Shown: positions 1 through 8,814 of the stretch, in pieces | Layout: each line of letters begins with the position of its first letter | How positions within the stretch are numbered: the stretch's first letter is position 1 | Source: Solirubrobacterales bacterium | GTDB taxonomy: Bacteria > Actinomycetota > Thermoleophilia > Solirubrobacterales > 70-9 | Direction: 5' to 3' | Length of the DNA: 35,841 bases | Assembly: GCA_050999155.1 (NCBI GenBank) | Contig: JBPCPM010000165.1 | Span: 1 to 35,841, forward strand | Made by a program: the position numbers and the translations under genes | Notes under the pieces: generated by a model | Seen by the model: the letters and a program-made list of their open reading frames with translations, nothing else | Told to the model about the DNA's origin: nothing | The model's database searches: none

Positions 1-458
1 ACGGAGCCGATCTCTTGGGCAAGGGGGCGGGGGAACCCCGCGAGGCCCTGTTGCGCGGTGGCGACGGCGGGGTTCTTGACCAAATTGGGGGTGGTGCCGA
101 CCACGACCATCCGCCCACAGGTGCGCAGGCTGCGCGCGACCGGGTGGAAGAAGTCGTACAGCTCGCGTAGCTCTGCCGGATCGGAGATGCCCGTGGCGTC
201 GAAGATGATCGCCGCGTAGCGGTCATCGGAGTCCTCGGCGTGCTCGGTCTCCACGCTGACGTGGGTGTCGGCGAGCACGGCCTTGACGGTCTCGTCCATC
301 CGCCCGCCGGCGGCGGCGCCGACGAGGGCCGGGCCGTCGAGAAGCCCCTGCCCGGGCTCGTAGCGGCGCAGCCTGGGCGGTGTGGGCAGGCCCACCCGCT
401 TGGCCACGGCCTTGCCGACGGGGTTGTTCGCGATGTTCAGGTAGGTATCGGTGCTCAC
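1..458 (-). CDS. N-terminal part of a FabG4-like 3-oxoacyl-ACP reductase / 3-hydroxyacyl-CoA dehydrogenase (two-domain SDR); partial, runs off the left edge
   Basis: Minus-strand translation from a GTG at 456-458: VSTDTYLNIANNPVGKAVAKRVGLPTPPRLRRYEPGQ...AAIIFDATGISDPAELRELYDFFHPVARSLRTCGRMVVVGTTP. This closely resembles the N-terminal pseudo-SDR domain of mycobacterial FabG4, as recalled from memory. A strong SD, AAGGAGA, lies 6 nt upstream. The GTG is 11 nt downstream of the thiolase stop, which suggests one operon. This gene is absent from the ORF track because it is partial. Confidence 0.6.
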   Translation of the reverse strand, partial: MSTDTYLNIANNPVGKAVAKRVGLPTPPRLRRYEPGQGLLDGPALVGAAAGGRMDETVKAVLADTHVSVETEHAEDSDDRYAAIIFDATGISDPAELRELYDFFHPVARSLRTCGRMVVVGTTPNLVKNPAVATAQQGLAGFPRPLAQEIGS

Positions 459-469
459 GGGTGTCTCCT

Positions 470-1750
470 TCAGCGCTCGACGATGGCGACGGTGCCCTGC
501 CCGCCTGCCGCACAGACCGAGACCAGGCCGCGGCCCGATCCCTTCTCGGCGAGCAGCTTGGCCAGGGTGGCGACGATCCGCCCGCCGGTGGCGGCGAACG
601 GATGGCCGGCCGCCAGCGAGGAGCCGTTGACGTTCAGCTTCGTGCGGTCGATCGTGCCCAGCGGCTTGTCGAGGCCCAGGCGCTCCTTGCAGAAGGTCGG
701 GTCCTCCCACGCCTTCAGCGTGGCCAGCACCTGGGCGGCGAAGGCCTCGTGGATCTCGTAGAAGTCGAAATCCTGGAGGGTCAACCCGTTGCGCTCCAGC
801 AGCTTGGGCACCGCGTAGATGGGCGCCGACAGCAGGTGATCCTCGCCGTGGACGTAGTCGACGGCGGTGGTGACGTTGTCGCCCATGTAGGCCAGGACGG
901 GGAAGCCGTTGGCCTCGGCCCACTCCTCGCTGCCCATCAGCACCGTCGAGGCGCCGTCGGACAGCGGCGTGGAGTTGCCCGCCGTCATCGTCGCGTCCTC
1001 ACCGGAGCCGAACACCGTGCGCAGCTTGCCGAGCTTCTCGGCGTCGGTGTCGGGGCGCAGGATCTGATCACGCTGCTGGCCCAGGTACGGGGTGAGCAGG
1101 TCGTCGAAGAACCCTCGGTCGTACGCGGCGGCGAGGTTCTGGTGGCTGGCCGCGGCCAGTTCGTCCTGGGCCTTGCGGGAGATGTTCCAGTCACGGGCCA
1201 TGACCGAGGTGTGCTCGCCCATCGACATGCCGGTGCGCGGCTCCTCGTTCTGCGGGATCCGCGGCACGATCTGCTGGGGGCGCAGGCGGCCGAGCAGCTT
1301 GACCCGGTCCATGGTGCTCTTGGCGCTGTTGAAGTCGAGAAGGACCTCGCGCAGGTCGTCGTTGACCTCGATCGGCGCGTCGCTGACCGTGTCCACGCCG
1401 CCGGCGATCCCACAGTCGATCTGCCCGAGCGCGATCTTGTTGCCGACCAGCACCGCCGCCTGCAGGCCGGTGTCACAGGCCTGCTGGATGTCGTAGGTGG
1501 GCGTGCTGGCGGCCAGGCGGCTACCGAGCACGCACTCGCGGATGAGGTTGAAGTCGTGGGAGTGCTTGAGCACCGCGCCACCGACGACCTCGCCGACCTG
1601 CATGTCCTGGAGCCCGAACCGGCTCACGAGCCCGTCGAGGGCCGCCGTGAACATGTCCTGGTTGCTCGCGTCGTTGTAGGGGCCGTACGCCTTGGCGAAC
1701 GGGATGCGGTTACCGCCGACGATGGCGGCGCGGCGAGCCTTCTCGGTCAC
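470..1750 (-). CDS. Acetyl-CoA C-acyltransferase (thiolase), 426 aa
   Basis: Full-length ORF with thiolase hallmarks: N-terminal IVGGNRIPFAKAYG and a C-terminal CAAGGQGTVAIVER (GG-containing) motif. The start is a GTG at 1748-1750, preceded by AGGAGGA 5 nt upstream. GC3 is very high. Confidence 0.9.
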   Translation of the reverse strand: MTEKARRAAIVGGNRIPFAKAYGPYNDASNQDMFTAALDGLVSRFGLQDMQVGEVVGGAVLKHSHDFNLIRECVLGSRLAASTPTYDIQQACDTGLQAAVLVGNKIALGQIDCGIAGGVDTVSDAPIEVNDDLREVLLDFNSAKSTMDRVKLLGRLRPQQIVPRIPQNEEPRTGMSMGEHTSVMARDWNISRKAQDELAAASHQNLAAAYDRGFFDDLLTPYLGQQRDQILRPDTDAEKLGKLRTVFGSGEDATMTAGNSTPLSDGASTVLMGSEEWAEANGFPVLAYMGDNVTTAVDYVHGEDHLLSAPIYAVPKLLERNGLTLQDFDFYEIHEAFAAQVLATLKAWEDPTFCKERLGLDKPLGTIDRTKLNVNGSSLAAGHPFAATGGRIVATLAKLLAEKGSGRGLVSVCAAGGQGTVAIVER

Positions 1751-1794
1751 GTGTCCTCCTGGAGCGTTGGCCTGGGGTTCGGCCGTTTGGTTCC

Positions 1795-1849
1795 CCGCGA
1801 CGCGCGGTTCATGCGTCGCGGCCGGTGCGTTGAGGGCACCGGGTGCCCC
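1795..1849. promoter_or_regulatory. Two perfect inverted repeats in the thiolase upstream region: ccgcgacgc-N9-gcgtcgcgg (1795-1821) and gggcacc-g-ggtgccc (1834-1848)
   Basis: Read directly from the sequence. The repeats lie 45-100 bp upstream of the thiolase GTG and just downstream of the 1880..2203 minus-strand gene. They could be an operator or a terminator hairpin. Confidence 0.3.
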
Positions 1850-1879
1850 ACGAGCCTACGCAATCGGCGTTGAAGACGG

Positions 1880-2203
1880 TCAGCTGGTCAGGCAGCTCAC
1901 GGCGACCCACCGCCCGTCATCCCGCGCCAGCGGCAGCGCCGCCCTTGCAGAAGGGAGGATCAGGGCGGCCTCGCCGCCGGGGAACGCCCCAGCCCACCGC
2001 GGCATCCGCTCCTCCACCCTCCCGCGCCGGGTCATCTCCGCGCGCATCCGCCCGGCGGCCTGCTCGAGGGACAGCTCGGGCCGTACGCGTTCGCGGTAGC
2101 GCTCCACGGCGTGGCGGGTGAGGTTGACCTGCCGCGGCTCGGGGAGCTCGCCCTCGGGCACGGGGCCCGGATCGGGGGCGCGCAGGGCGAAGCCGAGGTC
2201 CAT
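1880..2203 (-). CDS. Small hypothetical protein (107 aa)
   Basis: The ORF has about 93% GC3, far above the non-coding background. The sequence MDLGFALRAPDPGPVPEGELPEPRQVNLTRHAVERYRERV... is not compositionally biased. No clear SD. A DUF4258-like match is tentative only. Confidence 0.5.
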   Translation of the reverse strand: MDLGFALRAPDPGPVPEGELPEPRQVNLTRHAVERYRERVRPELSLEQAAGRMRAEMTRRGRVEERMPRWAGAFPGGEAALILPSARAALPLARDDGRWVAVSCLTS

Positions 2204-2262
2204 CGGTCAAGCGTGCCACGCGGGCCGGGCGGGAGCGGCCTTCCCGCCGGGCGTCCTCCGGC

Positions 2263-2592
2263 TCAGTCCGCGAGACCGGACACCAGTCGACCGGCCGCGG
2301 CCACCAGGGTCTGCTGCTCGACCTCCGGGTGGTCCTGCCACCAGACGACCATCGCCGCGAGGCCCCCGCTGAGGATCTGCGCGGTCGGCTGGAGCTGGGC
2401 CGGTGGAAGCTCGATGCCGGGGGCAGCCGTGAGAAAGCCGGCGATGACCTCCCGGGCCTGGTCGACCATGGCCGCGCGTCGCCGCCGGATCTCCCCGCCG
2501 CCCCCGCCGTCGCGGAAGATCATCTGCCACCCGTGTGGATGGCCCCGCGCGTAGGTCAGCCAGCCGTCGAGGATGGCCGGGACGAGCTCATG
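2263..2592 (-). pseudogene. C-terminal fragment of a regulator-like protein, truncated at its N-terminus where the cupin gene now overlaps
   Basis: The minus frame is open from the stop at 2647-2649 down to 2263. Strong coding GC3 starts near 2592 (…HELVPAILDGWLTYARGHPHGWQMIFRD…LAAMVVWWQDHPEVEQQTLVAAAGRLVSGLAD). There is no ATG, GTG or TTG in frame upstream of the internal ATG at 2523. The would-be N-terminal region is occupied by the plus-strand cupin CDS. Confidence 0.35.
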
Positions 2593-2600
2593 GAGAGTCC

Positions 2601-3113
2601 ATGCCCCCGCCCGCCGTCGATCCGGTTCACCGCACCAGCTACACCTTCACCCGGCAGGGCGAGACGCTGACCGTCACCGCGACCTTCGAGGCCGGTGCCG
2701 AGCTGCCCACCCACAGCCACCCCCGCCAGCAGGAAGTCTGGTGGCTGGAGTCCGGGACCCTCGAGTTCCACCTCGACGGCACCTGGACCACCATCACGTC
2801 CGGGACGGGGAAGATCACGGTGCCCCGGGGGACCGTCCACGGGCTGAGAAACACCAGCGGCCGCGAGGCGGTCGGAGTGGCCGAGGCCACCCCGGCGCTC
2901 GACCTGCAGGAGTTCCTCGTCGAGAGCGCCGCGGCAGCGCGAAAGGGATGGATCCGCCGCGGCGGGATCCCCGGCAGCCTGACGGGCGCACGCTGGGCGG
3001 CGAGCTTCCTCGATCGCTTCGCCGACCAGACCGTGATGACGTTTCCGCCGCCGGCGCTCCAAAAGCTCGTTCGCCCGCTGGGGCGGATCGGCGATCCGCC
3101 CCGCCCGTTCTGA
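2601..3113 (+). CDS. Cupin-domain protein (about 170 aa)
   Basis: Cupin motif ELPTHSHPRQQEVWWLESGTLEFHLDG…ITVPRGTVHGL. High GC3 begins exactly at the ATG at 2601. The upstream in-frame part of ORF 2535.. has low GC3. Confidence 0.7.
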   Translation: MPPPAVDPVHRTSYTFTRQGETLTVTATFEAGAELPTHSHPRQQEVWWLESGTLEFHLDGTWTTITSGTGKITVPRGTVHGLRNTSGREAVGVAEATPALDLQEFLVESAAAARKGWIRRGGIPGSLTGARWAASFLDRFADQTVMTFPPPALQKLVRPLGRIGDPPRPF

Positions 3114-3127
3114 GACGCCGACCGGCG

Positions 3128-5563
3128 TCAGGTCGTGCGGCGGCGGGAGACCATCGCCAGACCGAGGCCGCAGGCGGCGAGGGCGAGACCCAGCCCCGCG
3201 GGAACCGCGAGCTGCATGCCGGTGAAGGCGAGCGTGTCGGAGTCGGCCGCGACCACGTCGCGCGCTCCGGCGTTTCCGGCGCCCGCGCGGTCGCCACCAT
3301 CGCCGCCACCTGAGCTTCCGGCGCCGTCGTCGCCACCGTCGCCGTCCGCGTCGTCGCCGCCGTCCGCATCCGTGTCGTCGTCCGACCCGTCGTCGCCCGG
3401 GTCGCCGGACGGTGGCGCCTGGGTCTCGCGCACCGGGATGGCCGCGGCGACACCGCTGACCGTTATCGATGAGGGGACGGTCGAGGCCTTGACGAAGGGC
3501 GCATCGTCCTGGGCGATCTCGAAGCGGATCCGGTGCCCCTCCTCGAAGCGGTAGGCCGCCCCGTGGAGCTCGGTCGCCACCGGGCCTGTCTCGGAGTCGA
3601 GCCGGCGCGGCCCGCGGTCGACCATGATCGCCGTGCCGTCGGGGGATACGTCGTACATCCGGGTGTTGAGCTGCAGGCCCGCCTCCTGCGCCTGGGCGGA
3701 ACGCGCACCCGCAGCGCTCGCCCCGACGGCGTAGTCGATCGCCAGCCGCGTGGGGCCGATCATCGTGGCCGCAGCGCCGAGGGGCTCGCTGTCGAAGGTC
3801 GCCACGCCCGCCCCGGCCGGTCCGTCACCGAGCGGGCAGGCGCCGTCGCGCGCCGCGAAGTTGCCGACCGGGTCGGCGGCCACGGCGTGGGGGTTAGCGG
3901 GCACCGTGCTCGTGGTCGTCTGCTCTCCGGAGAGCTCGAGGGTCAGCGTGTTCGGAGCCAGCTCGCCGAAGCTCGGGGCGGTGAACCGCGGCCCGGGCTC
4001 GTCGGCGGGCTGGCCGTCCGACGCGTTCTGCGGGCAGACCTGTAGCGCGGCGGTGACGTCGAACTCCGGCTGGGGCTCCGAGGCATTGCCCGGCGGCTTG
4101 GCGTAGTGGTCGACGAAGCGGTCGAGCCGGGTCGTGGCCCCGAGCTCGACGAAGCCCGCCGGCTCGGCGTCGACGTCGCGGCGGCCCGACGCGTCGATCT
4201 GCGGGTACTCGTCGTAACGGCACACGTGGCGGCCGCCGTTGGCGCAGATGTCCCCCCACTCCTTGTCCTTGTCCTGCACGAAGTGCTGGTAGTCGCCGTA
4301 GTACTCCTGCACCGGGTAGTCGGGGACGGCCTGCTTGAGGCGCTTGACCATCCGGCGGTGCTCGAGCTGCGGAAAGAGCGGATCGGTGGTGGTCCCAGAG
4401 CTGAACAGCGGCGTCCGGGCCGCGGGGTCGCTTTCGATCCGAGAGAAGAACTCGTTCTGGTAGTAGGCGGAGCGATCGAACACGAACGTCGGCAGCGTCG
4501 ATCCGAGGGCGGTCTGACACAACGGGCTCTGCTCGTAGGGGAAGACGGTCTGCAGGCACAGGAACGCGTCGGCGATCGACGAGGGGAACGTCGCGTGGTC
4601 GGCCGGCTGGTTGACGCCGGTGGCAAAGAGCGCTGCCACGATGGACTGCTTGCCCATGCCGGGTGGATCGAGCGTGCCACCGCCGTCGGTGGGCGGCAGC
4701 TCACGCTGACCTTGGCGGCCGGTCGGGACCAGCGAGTAGGCGAGGTCGGTCCAGCCGTAGCGCGGCGCCGCCGCCGCGAGGCTCATGTCCTTGCCGCCCG
4801 GGCTCTTCCAGGTGGGGTCGGTGAAGGCCATCCACGCAAACCCGCCCCCGTAGGAGCCTCCGCCGGGCACGATCGCGGCCGGGTTGACCGAGAAGAACGG
4901 ATCGTCGGCCAGCTGCCCGGCCATGTGCTGGAAGTCGTTGATCTCGAAGGCGCGATGGTCGAGCTGGGACTCGCCCGTCGAGCCGTCATTCTGGTTGTCG
5001 ACGAACCCGCGCGAGGTGTAGGTGATGACGACGTAGCCGCGCGCCGCGTACCAGGCGTTGTTGTAGTGCCAGCTCTTGCCGGCCTTGTCGAACCGCTCGC
5101 CCTCCGGCTGGTCCTGGGCCTCCCAGCTGGTCTTGTTGCCGCTGCAGCAGCCGTGGACGAGCGTCATCACGGGAAAGCCGCCGGCCGGCGGGGTCATGCT
5201 CGCGGGCGGCAGCGAAACGTTGACGTCGAGGGCGACATCCCCCAGCGCGTTCGCCCCCGGCGCGGTCGCCGCGTCGGCTGCCTTGGCCGGGAGACCGGCG
5301 AAGCCGTCGTACTTCGCAGGGACCGTGATGGCCTTCGCCCCTGTCGGGTTCGGGTCTCGCCCTCCGAAGTCCGGCACGCCGTCGTCGCAGAACCGGTACT
5401 CGTATCCCGGTGCCGCCGTCTGGGTCTCGCATGCGTCCTTGAGCGTCTGGGGGATCGCCGCCTGAGCCGACGGGGCACCCATCGCCACGACGAGCAGCGC
5501 CGCCCCGAGCAGCGCCCGGATGCCACGCACCCCCCGCGATCCGCGTTGCCGGTGAACGCCCAT
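3128..5563 (-). CDS. Secreted CocE/NonD (S15, Xaa-Pro dipeptidyl-peptidase-like) alpha/beta hydrolase with a C-terminal LAxTG sortase sorting signal
   Basis: A signal peptide starts at the internal Met (MGVHRQRGSRGVRGIRALLGAALLVVAMGAPSAQA, ATG at 5563). The hydrolase core carries a nucleophile elbow, GGSYGG. The C-terminus has an acidic D/G-rich linker, then LAFTG, a hydrophobic segment, and RRRTT. The upstream 108 codons of ORF 3128..5887 are R/S-rich and unlikely to be translated. Confidence 0.75.
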   Translation of the reverse strand: MGVHRQRGSRGVRGIRALLGAALLVVAMGAPSAQAAIPQTLKDACETQTAAPGYEYRFCDDGVPDFGGRDPNPTGAKAITVPAKYDGFAGLPAKAADAATAPGANALGDVALDVNVSLPPASMTPPAGGFPVMTLVHGCCSGNKTSWEAQDQPEGERFDKAGKSWHYNNAWYAARGYVVITYTSRGFVDNQNDGSTGESQLDHRAFEINDFQHMAGQLADDPFFSVNPAAIVPGGGSYGGGFAWMAFTDPTWKSPGGKDMSLAAAAPRYGWTDLAYSLVPTGRQGQRELPPTDGGGTLDPPGMGKQSIVAALFATGVNQPADHATFPSSIADAFLCLQTVFPYEQSPLCQTALGSTLPTFVFDRSAYYQNEFFSRIESDPAARTPLFSSGTTTDPLFPQLEHRRMVKRLKQAVPDYPVQEYYGDYQHFVQDKDKEWGDICANGGRHVCRYDEYPQIDASGRRDVDAEPAGFVELGATTRLDRFVDHYAKPPGNASEPQPEFDVTAALQVCPQNASDGQPADEPGPRFTAPSFGELAPNTLTLELSGEQTTTSTVPANPHAVAADPVGNFAARDGACPLGDGPAGAGVATFDSEPLGAAATMIGPTRLAIDYAVGASAAGARSAQAQEAGLQLNTRMYDVSPDGTAIMVDRGPRRLDSETGPVATELHGAAYRFEEGHRIRFEIAQDDAPFVKASTVPSSITVSGVAAAIPVRETQAPPSGDPGDDGSDDDTDADGGDDADGDGGDDGAGSSGGGDGGDRAGAGNAGARDVVAADSDTLAFTGMQLAVPAGLGLALAACGLGLAMVSRRRTT

Positions 5564-5627
5564 TGCGATCAAATCTAGACCGCGCGGCACGCGGGCGCGC
5601 CGATTCCACCTGGCCGACGCCGGGTAC

Positions 5628-6914
5628 GTGGTCGCCATGGCCAAGCGAGATTTCGATGTCGTGGTCCTGGGAGCCACCGGTTTCACCGGCCAGCGGGTAG
5701 CCGCGTACCTGGCCGAGCGGGCCGCCGAGACCGACCTCCGGTGGGCACCGGCCGCACGCGACGCCGACAAGCTGCAGCGGGTCCTGGCCGACCACGGGGT
5801 CCAGGCGCCGGAGCTCCTGCACGTCGACATCGACGAGCCCGCCACCCTGCGCGACCTGTGCGCGCGGGCGACGGTCGTGCTCAACATGGTCGGGCCCTAC
5901 GCGAAGTTCGGCCCGCCGGTCATCGAGGCGGCGATCGCCGAGGGGGCTCACTACGTGGACCTGACCGGCGAGATGCCGTTCGTCCGCGACATGATCGACG
6001 CCCACCACGACGCCGCGCACGCGGCACAGGTCAAGCTCGTACAGGTATGCGGGTTCGAGTCCCTGCCCCCGGACCTCGCGGTCGGGCTCGTCGCGCGGGC
6101 TGCGCGGGAGGAACTCGGCGAGGAGCTGGCCGAGGTGACCATCCGGGTGACCAGCGAGCTGCCTCCCGGACTCCCCCGTCCCTCAGACCTGATCTCTGGC
6201 GGAACGTTCCAGAGCCTGCGCCTGGCGGTGGCCTCCGACGATGCGGGAGCCATCGCTGATCCGGCGATCCTCGTGCAGGATCCGGCTCGCGCCAAACGAG
6301 TCCGCGAAGACAGCCCGGTCTCTGTGCGACCCCGTCGCGGCACGGGCACAGAGGCGCTGGCCCCGATGGTGCCGTCCCCGTTCTTGAACCCGGCGGTGAT
6401 CCACCGCAGCAACGAACTCCTGGCCTCCGAAGGCGCCGAGCTCGGCTCGTCGCTGACCTACCGCGAACACATGGCCCTGCCTGGCGGAACGCCCACGCTC
6501 GGCCCGCGCCTCGCGGCCGCCGCGGTGGTTTCCGCCACGGCCGCCGGCACCCGGGCTCTCGCGTCCGCCCCGGGCCCGGTGCGCCGCGCGGCGGCCTCCG
6601 GTCTCAAGGCGATTGGCCCTGGCTCCGGGGACGGGCCCGCACCGGACCGGCTCGAAGGATGGTCGTGGACCGTCCAGTGCGATGCGAGGACGACAGGCGG
6701 AGCCGGCGTCCATCTGCTGATCGAAGCCGACGGTCATCCCGGGTATCTCACGACCGCACGGATGATGGGCGAGGCCGGGATGTTGCTCGCCGAGACCGAG
6801 GCGACGCCCGACCGATACGGGTGCGTGACGCCGTCGCTGGCCCTTGGCCTCGACGAAGTCGACCGATTCGCACGGGCGGGCCTGCGCTTCTCCGCCGTCT
6901 GCGTCGACGCCTGA
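5628..6914 (+). CDS. Saccharopine dehydrogenase-like NAD(P)-binding oxidoreductase (trans-acting enoyl reductase family)
   Basis: N-terminal Rossmann motif [19 protein letters not shown], with family-typical length and composition. The gene is divergent from the hydrolase gene. An alternative start at the ATG at 5637 is possible. Confidence 0.75.
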   Translation: MVAMAKRDFDVVVLGATGFTGQRVAAYLAERAAETDLRWAPAARDADKLQRVLADHGVQAPELLHVDIDEPATLRDLCARATVVLNMVGPYAKFGPPVIEAAIAEGAHYVDLTGEMPFVRDMIDAHHDAAHAAQVKLVQVCGFESLPPDLAVGLVARAAREELGEELAEVTIRVTSELPPGLPRPSDLISGGTFQSLRLAVASDDAGAIADPAILVQDPARAKRVREDSPVSVRPRRGTGTEALAPMVPSPFLNPAVIHRSNELLASEGAELGSSLTYREHMALPGGTPTLGPRLAAAAVVSATAAGTRALASAPGPVRRAAASGLKAIGPGSGDGPAPDRLEGWSWTVQCDARTTGGAGVHLLIEADGHPGYLTTARMMGEAGMLLAETEATPDRYGCVTPSLALGLDEVDRFARAGLRFSAVCVDA

Positions 6915-6970
6915 GGGTTCGCCCTACGCCATCCGGGTACCCGTTGCGGGGTCAACGAAGGAGCCAGACG

Positions 6971-7948
6971 ATGGACACGCGCACGCTGGGCAACGACCTG
7001 ACCGTCTCGGCCGAGGGGCTGGGATGCATGGGGATGTCGGACTTCTACGGCGGCGGCTCCGAGTCCGAAGCCGTCGACACGCTGCACCGCGCCCGCGAGC
7101 TCGGGATCACCCTCTTCGACACGGCGGACATGTACGGGCCGTTCACCAACGAGAAGCTCGTGGGCCGCGAGCTCGGCCCCCACCGCGACGACGTGGTCAT
7201 CGCCACGAAGTTCGGCATCCAGCGCGACGAGGACGGCAGCATGCTCGGCGTCAGCGGGCACCCCGACTACGTGCACGAGGCGTGCGAGGCGTCGCTGAAG
7301 CGCCTCGGGATCGACACGATCGACCTCTACTACCAGCACCGCGTCGATCCCGATGTGGCCATCGAAGAGACCGTGGGCGCCATGGCCGAGCTGGTCGAGC
7401 AGGGAAAGGTCCGCCACCTCGGCCTCTCCGAGGCGGCCCCGGACACGATCCGCCGCGCCCACGAGGTGCACCCGATCACCGCGCTGCAGACCGAGTACTC
7501 GCTGTGGAGCCGCGACCCCGAGGACGAGATCCTGCCGACGGTCCGCGAGCTGGGCATCGGCTTCGTCGCCTACAGCCCGCTCGGCCGCGGCTTTCTCTCC
7601 GGCCGCTTCGAGTCGTTCGAGGATCTCCCCGAGGGCGATTACCGGCGCCAAAGCCCGCGCTTCCAGGGCGAGAACTTCGACCGCAACCTCGAGCTGGTCG
7701 ACGAGATCAAGCGGATGGCCCAGGACAAGGGCGTCTCGGCGAGCCAGCTCGCGCTGGCCTGGGTGCTCGCCCAGGGCGACGACATCGTCCCCATCCCCGG
7801 CACCAAGCACGTCGACTACCTGGAGGAGAACGTCGACGCGACCGCCGTGCAGCTCAGCGACGAGGACCTGCGCCGCATCGACAACATCGCACCCGCCGGC
7901 CGGGCGGCCGGCGATCGCTACGAGGACATGAGCGCGGTCAACCGCTGA
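6971..7948 (+). CDS. Aldo/keto reductase (325 aa)
   Basis: Sequence [28 protein letters not shown]…[16 protein letters not shown]…HRVDP. GAAGGAG lies 7 nt upstream of the ATG at 6971. The longer ORF 6659.. has an R-rich, non-coding-like N-terminus. Confidence 0.85.
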   Translation: MDTRTLGNDLTVSAEGLGCMGMSDFYGGGSESEAVDTLHRARELGITLFDTADMYGPFTNEKLVGRELGPHRDDVVIATKFGIQRDEDGSMLGVSGHPDYVHEACEASLKRLGIDTIDLYYQHRVDPDVAIEETVGAMAELVEQGKVRHLGLSEAAPDTIRRAHEVHPITALQTEYSLWSRDPEDEILPTVRELGIGFVAYSPLGRGFLSGRFESFEDLPEGDYRRQSPRFQGENFDRNLELVDEIKRMAQDKGVSASQLALAWVLAQGDDIVPIPGTKHVDYLEENVDATAVQLSDEDLRRIDNIAPAGRAAGDRYEDMSAVNR

Positions 7949-7965
7949 TCGGCGGGCGGAGCGAC

Positions 7966-8199
7966 TCAGCCCCGGCGCCGGCCGGCCACGAACCCGGCGA
8001 GCAGGCCGAGCGCGAAGCACAGTCCGATCACGACGATCAGCGGCGTCTGCCATGTGCCGATGATCCAGCTCACCTCGACCTGGTCGAGGTTGCCGATCGC
8101 GAACACGAAGACCAGCGCGGCGATGGCTCCGAACGCGGCGAGCTTCGCCTTCTCGCCCGTCGATCGGGAACCAGAGCTTGCCGCCGGATTGTCGCTCAT
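7966..8199 (-). CDS. Small membrane protein, LapA/DUF1049-like (78 aa)
   Basis: Internal ATG at 8199 gives MSDNPAASSGSRSTGEKAKLAAFGAIAALVFVFAIGNLDQVEVSWIIGTWQTPLIVVIGLCFALGLLAGFVAGRRRG. The upstream part of ORF 7966..8460 is compositionally non-coding. Confidence 0.5.
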   Translation of the reverse strand: MSDNPAASSGSRSTGEKAKLAAFGAIAALVFVFAIGNLDQVEVSWIIGTWQTPLIVVIGLCFALGLLAGFVAGRRRG

Positions 8200-8323
8200 G
8201 CCGGCCACGCTACCAGCCGTCCCCGGGTCCTCAACGAGGATCCCCTGGTCGTCGGGACCCTCGAGTCCGGAGCCGGGCGCAGCGGCACAAGCGCCACGCC
8301 GCGCGTCGTGCGAGGATTGCCTC

Positions 8324-8509
8324 GTGACCATCGGTGGTTCCATCTTCACGATCGTGATCGGAGCGATCCTCAAGTTCGCACTCGACGTCGACCTCGCGGG
8401 CATCGCGCTCGACGTCGTCGGCGTGATCCTCATGATCGCGGGCGCCCTCGGCCTCGTCATCGGCCTGGCGCTGTCGATGAGCGGCGGAGACGCCGGCCGG
8501 CGCTACTGA
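8324..8509 (+). CDS. Small two-TM membrane protein (61 aa)
   Basis: A GTG at 8324 has GAGGA 7 nt upstream. Sequence VTIGGSIFTIVIGAILKFALDVDLAGIALDVVGVILMIAGALGLVIGLALSMSGGDAGRRY. The preceding part of ORF 8054.. looks non-coding. Confidence 0.45.
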   Translation: MTIGGSIFTIVIGAILKFALDVDLAGIALDVVGVILMIAGALGLVIGLALSMSGGDAGRRY

Positions 8510-8669
8510 TCTGGAGAACTCCCGCGGATCGCGCCCGCGGTGCAGCCGGGCATCCTCAAGGTTCTTCCCGACGTTGGCTGCGTTGCGGCGGACAGCCTGA
8601 AAGGCGCGCCTGCCCCTCGCGCCGCTGCTCGCGTTCGAAGCGACCCCCTCTGCTCTCGATGCCTCCAAG

Positions 8670-8743
8670 AGCCGACGCCCGGATTCGAACCGGGGACCCC
8701 TTCATTACGAGTGAAGTGCTCTGGCCAGCTGAGCTACGTCGGC
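8670..8743 (-). tRNA. tRNA-Thr (anticodon CGU)
   Basis: Reverse complement is GCCGACGTAGCTCAGCTGGCCAGAGCACTTCACTCGTAATGAAGGGGTCCCCGGTTCGAATCCGGGCGTCGGCT. It has a 7-bp acceptor stem, a D-arm GCTC/GAGC, an anticodon stem CTTCA/TGAAG with loop CTCGTAA, and a T-arm CCCGG/TTCGAAT/CCGGG. CCA is not encoded. Confidence 0.9.
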
Positions 8744-8814
8744 GTGCGCGGTGGCCCGATGGCCGCCCCGATCATCGGCAGGATAGAGCGCCGGCTGCAG
8801 GGCGTCGGGATCAC

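Noticed and set aside
380-1873. A 497-aa plus-strand ORF and many other long ORFs, including 4106..5578+, 6844..8937+, 6734..8053-, 17666..20545+, 25369..27438-, 28363..31230-, 31981..33858- and 32498..34804-.
   Set aside because: They are antisense or mirror-frame to well-supported genes. They are extremely R/G/P/A-rich and lack recognisable motifs. Open frames of this kind are expected in DNA with about 70% GC.
2556-3062. A 168-aa minus-strand ORF opposite the cupin gene.
   Set aside because: It is R/G-rich, antisense to a gene with a strong cupin motif, and has low GC3.
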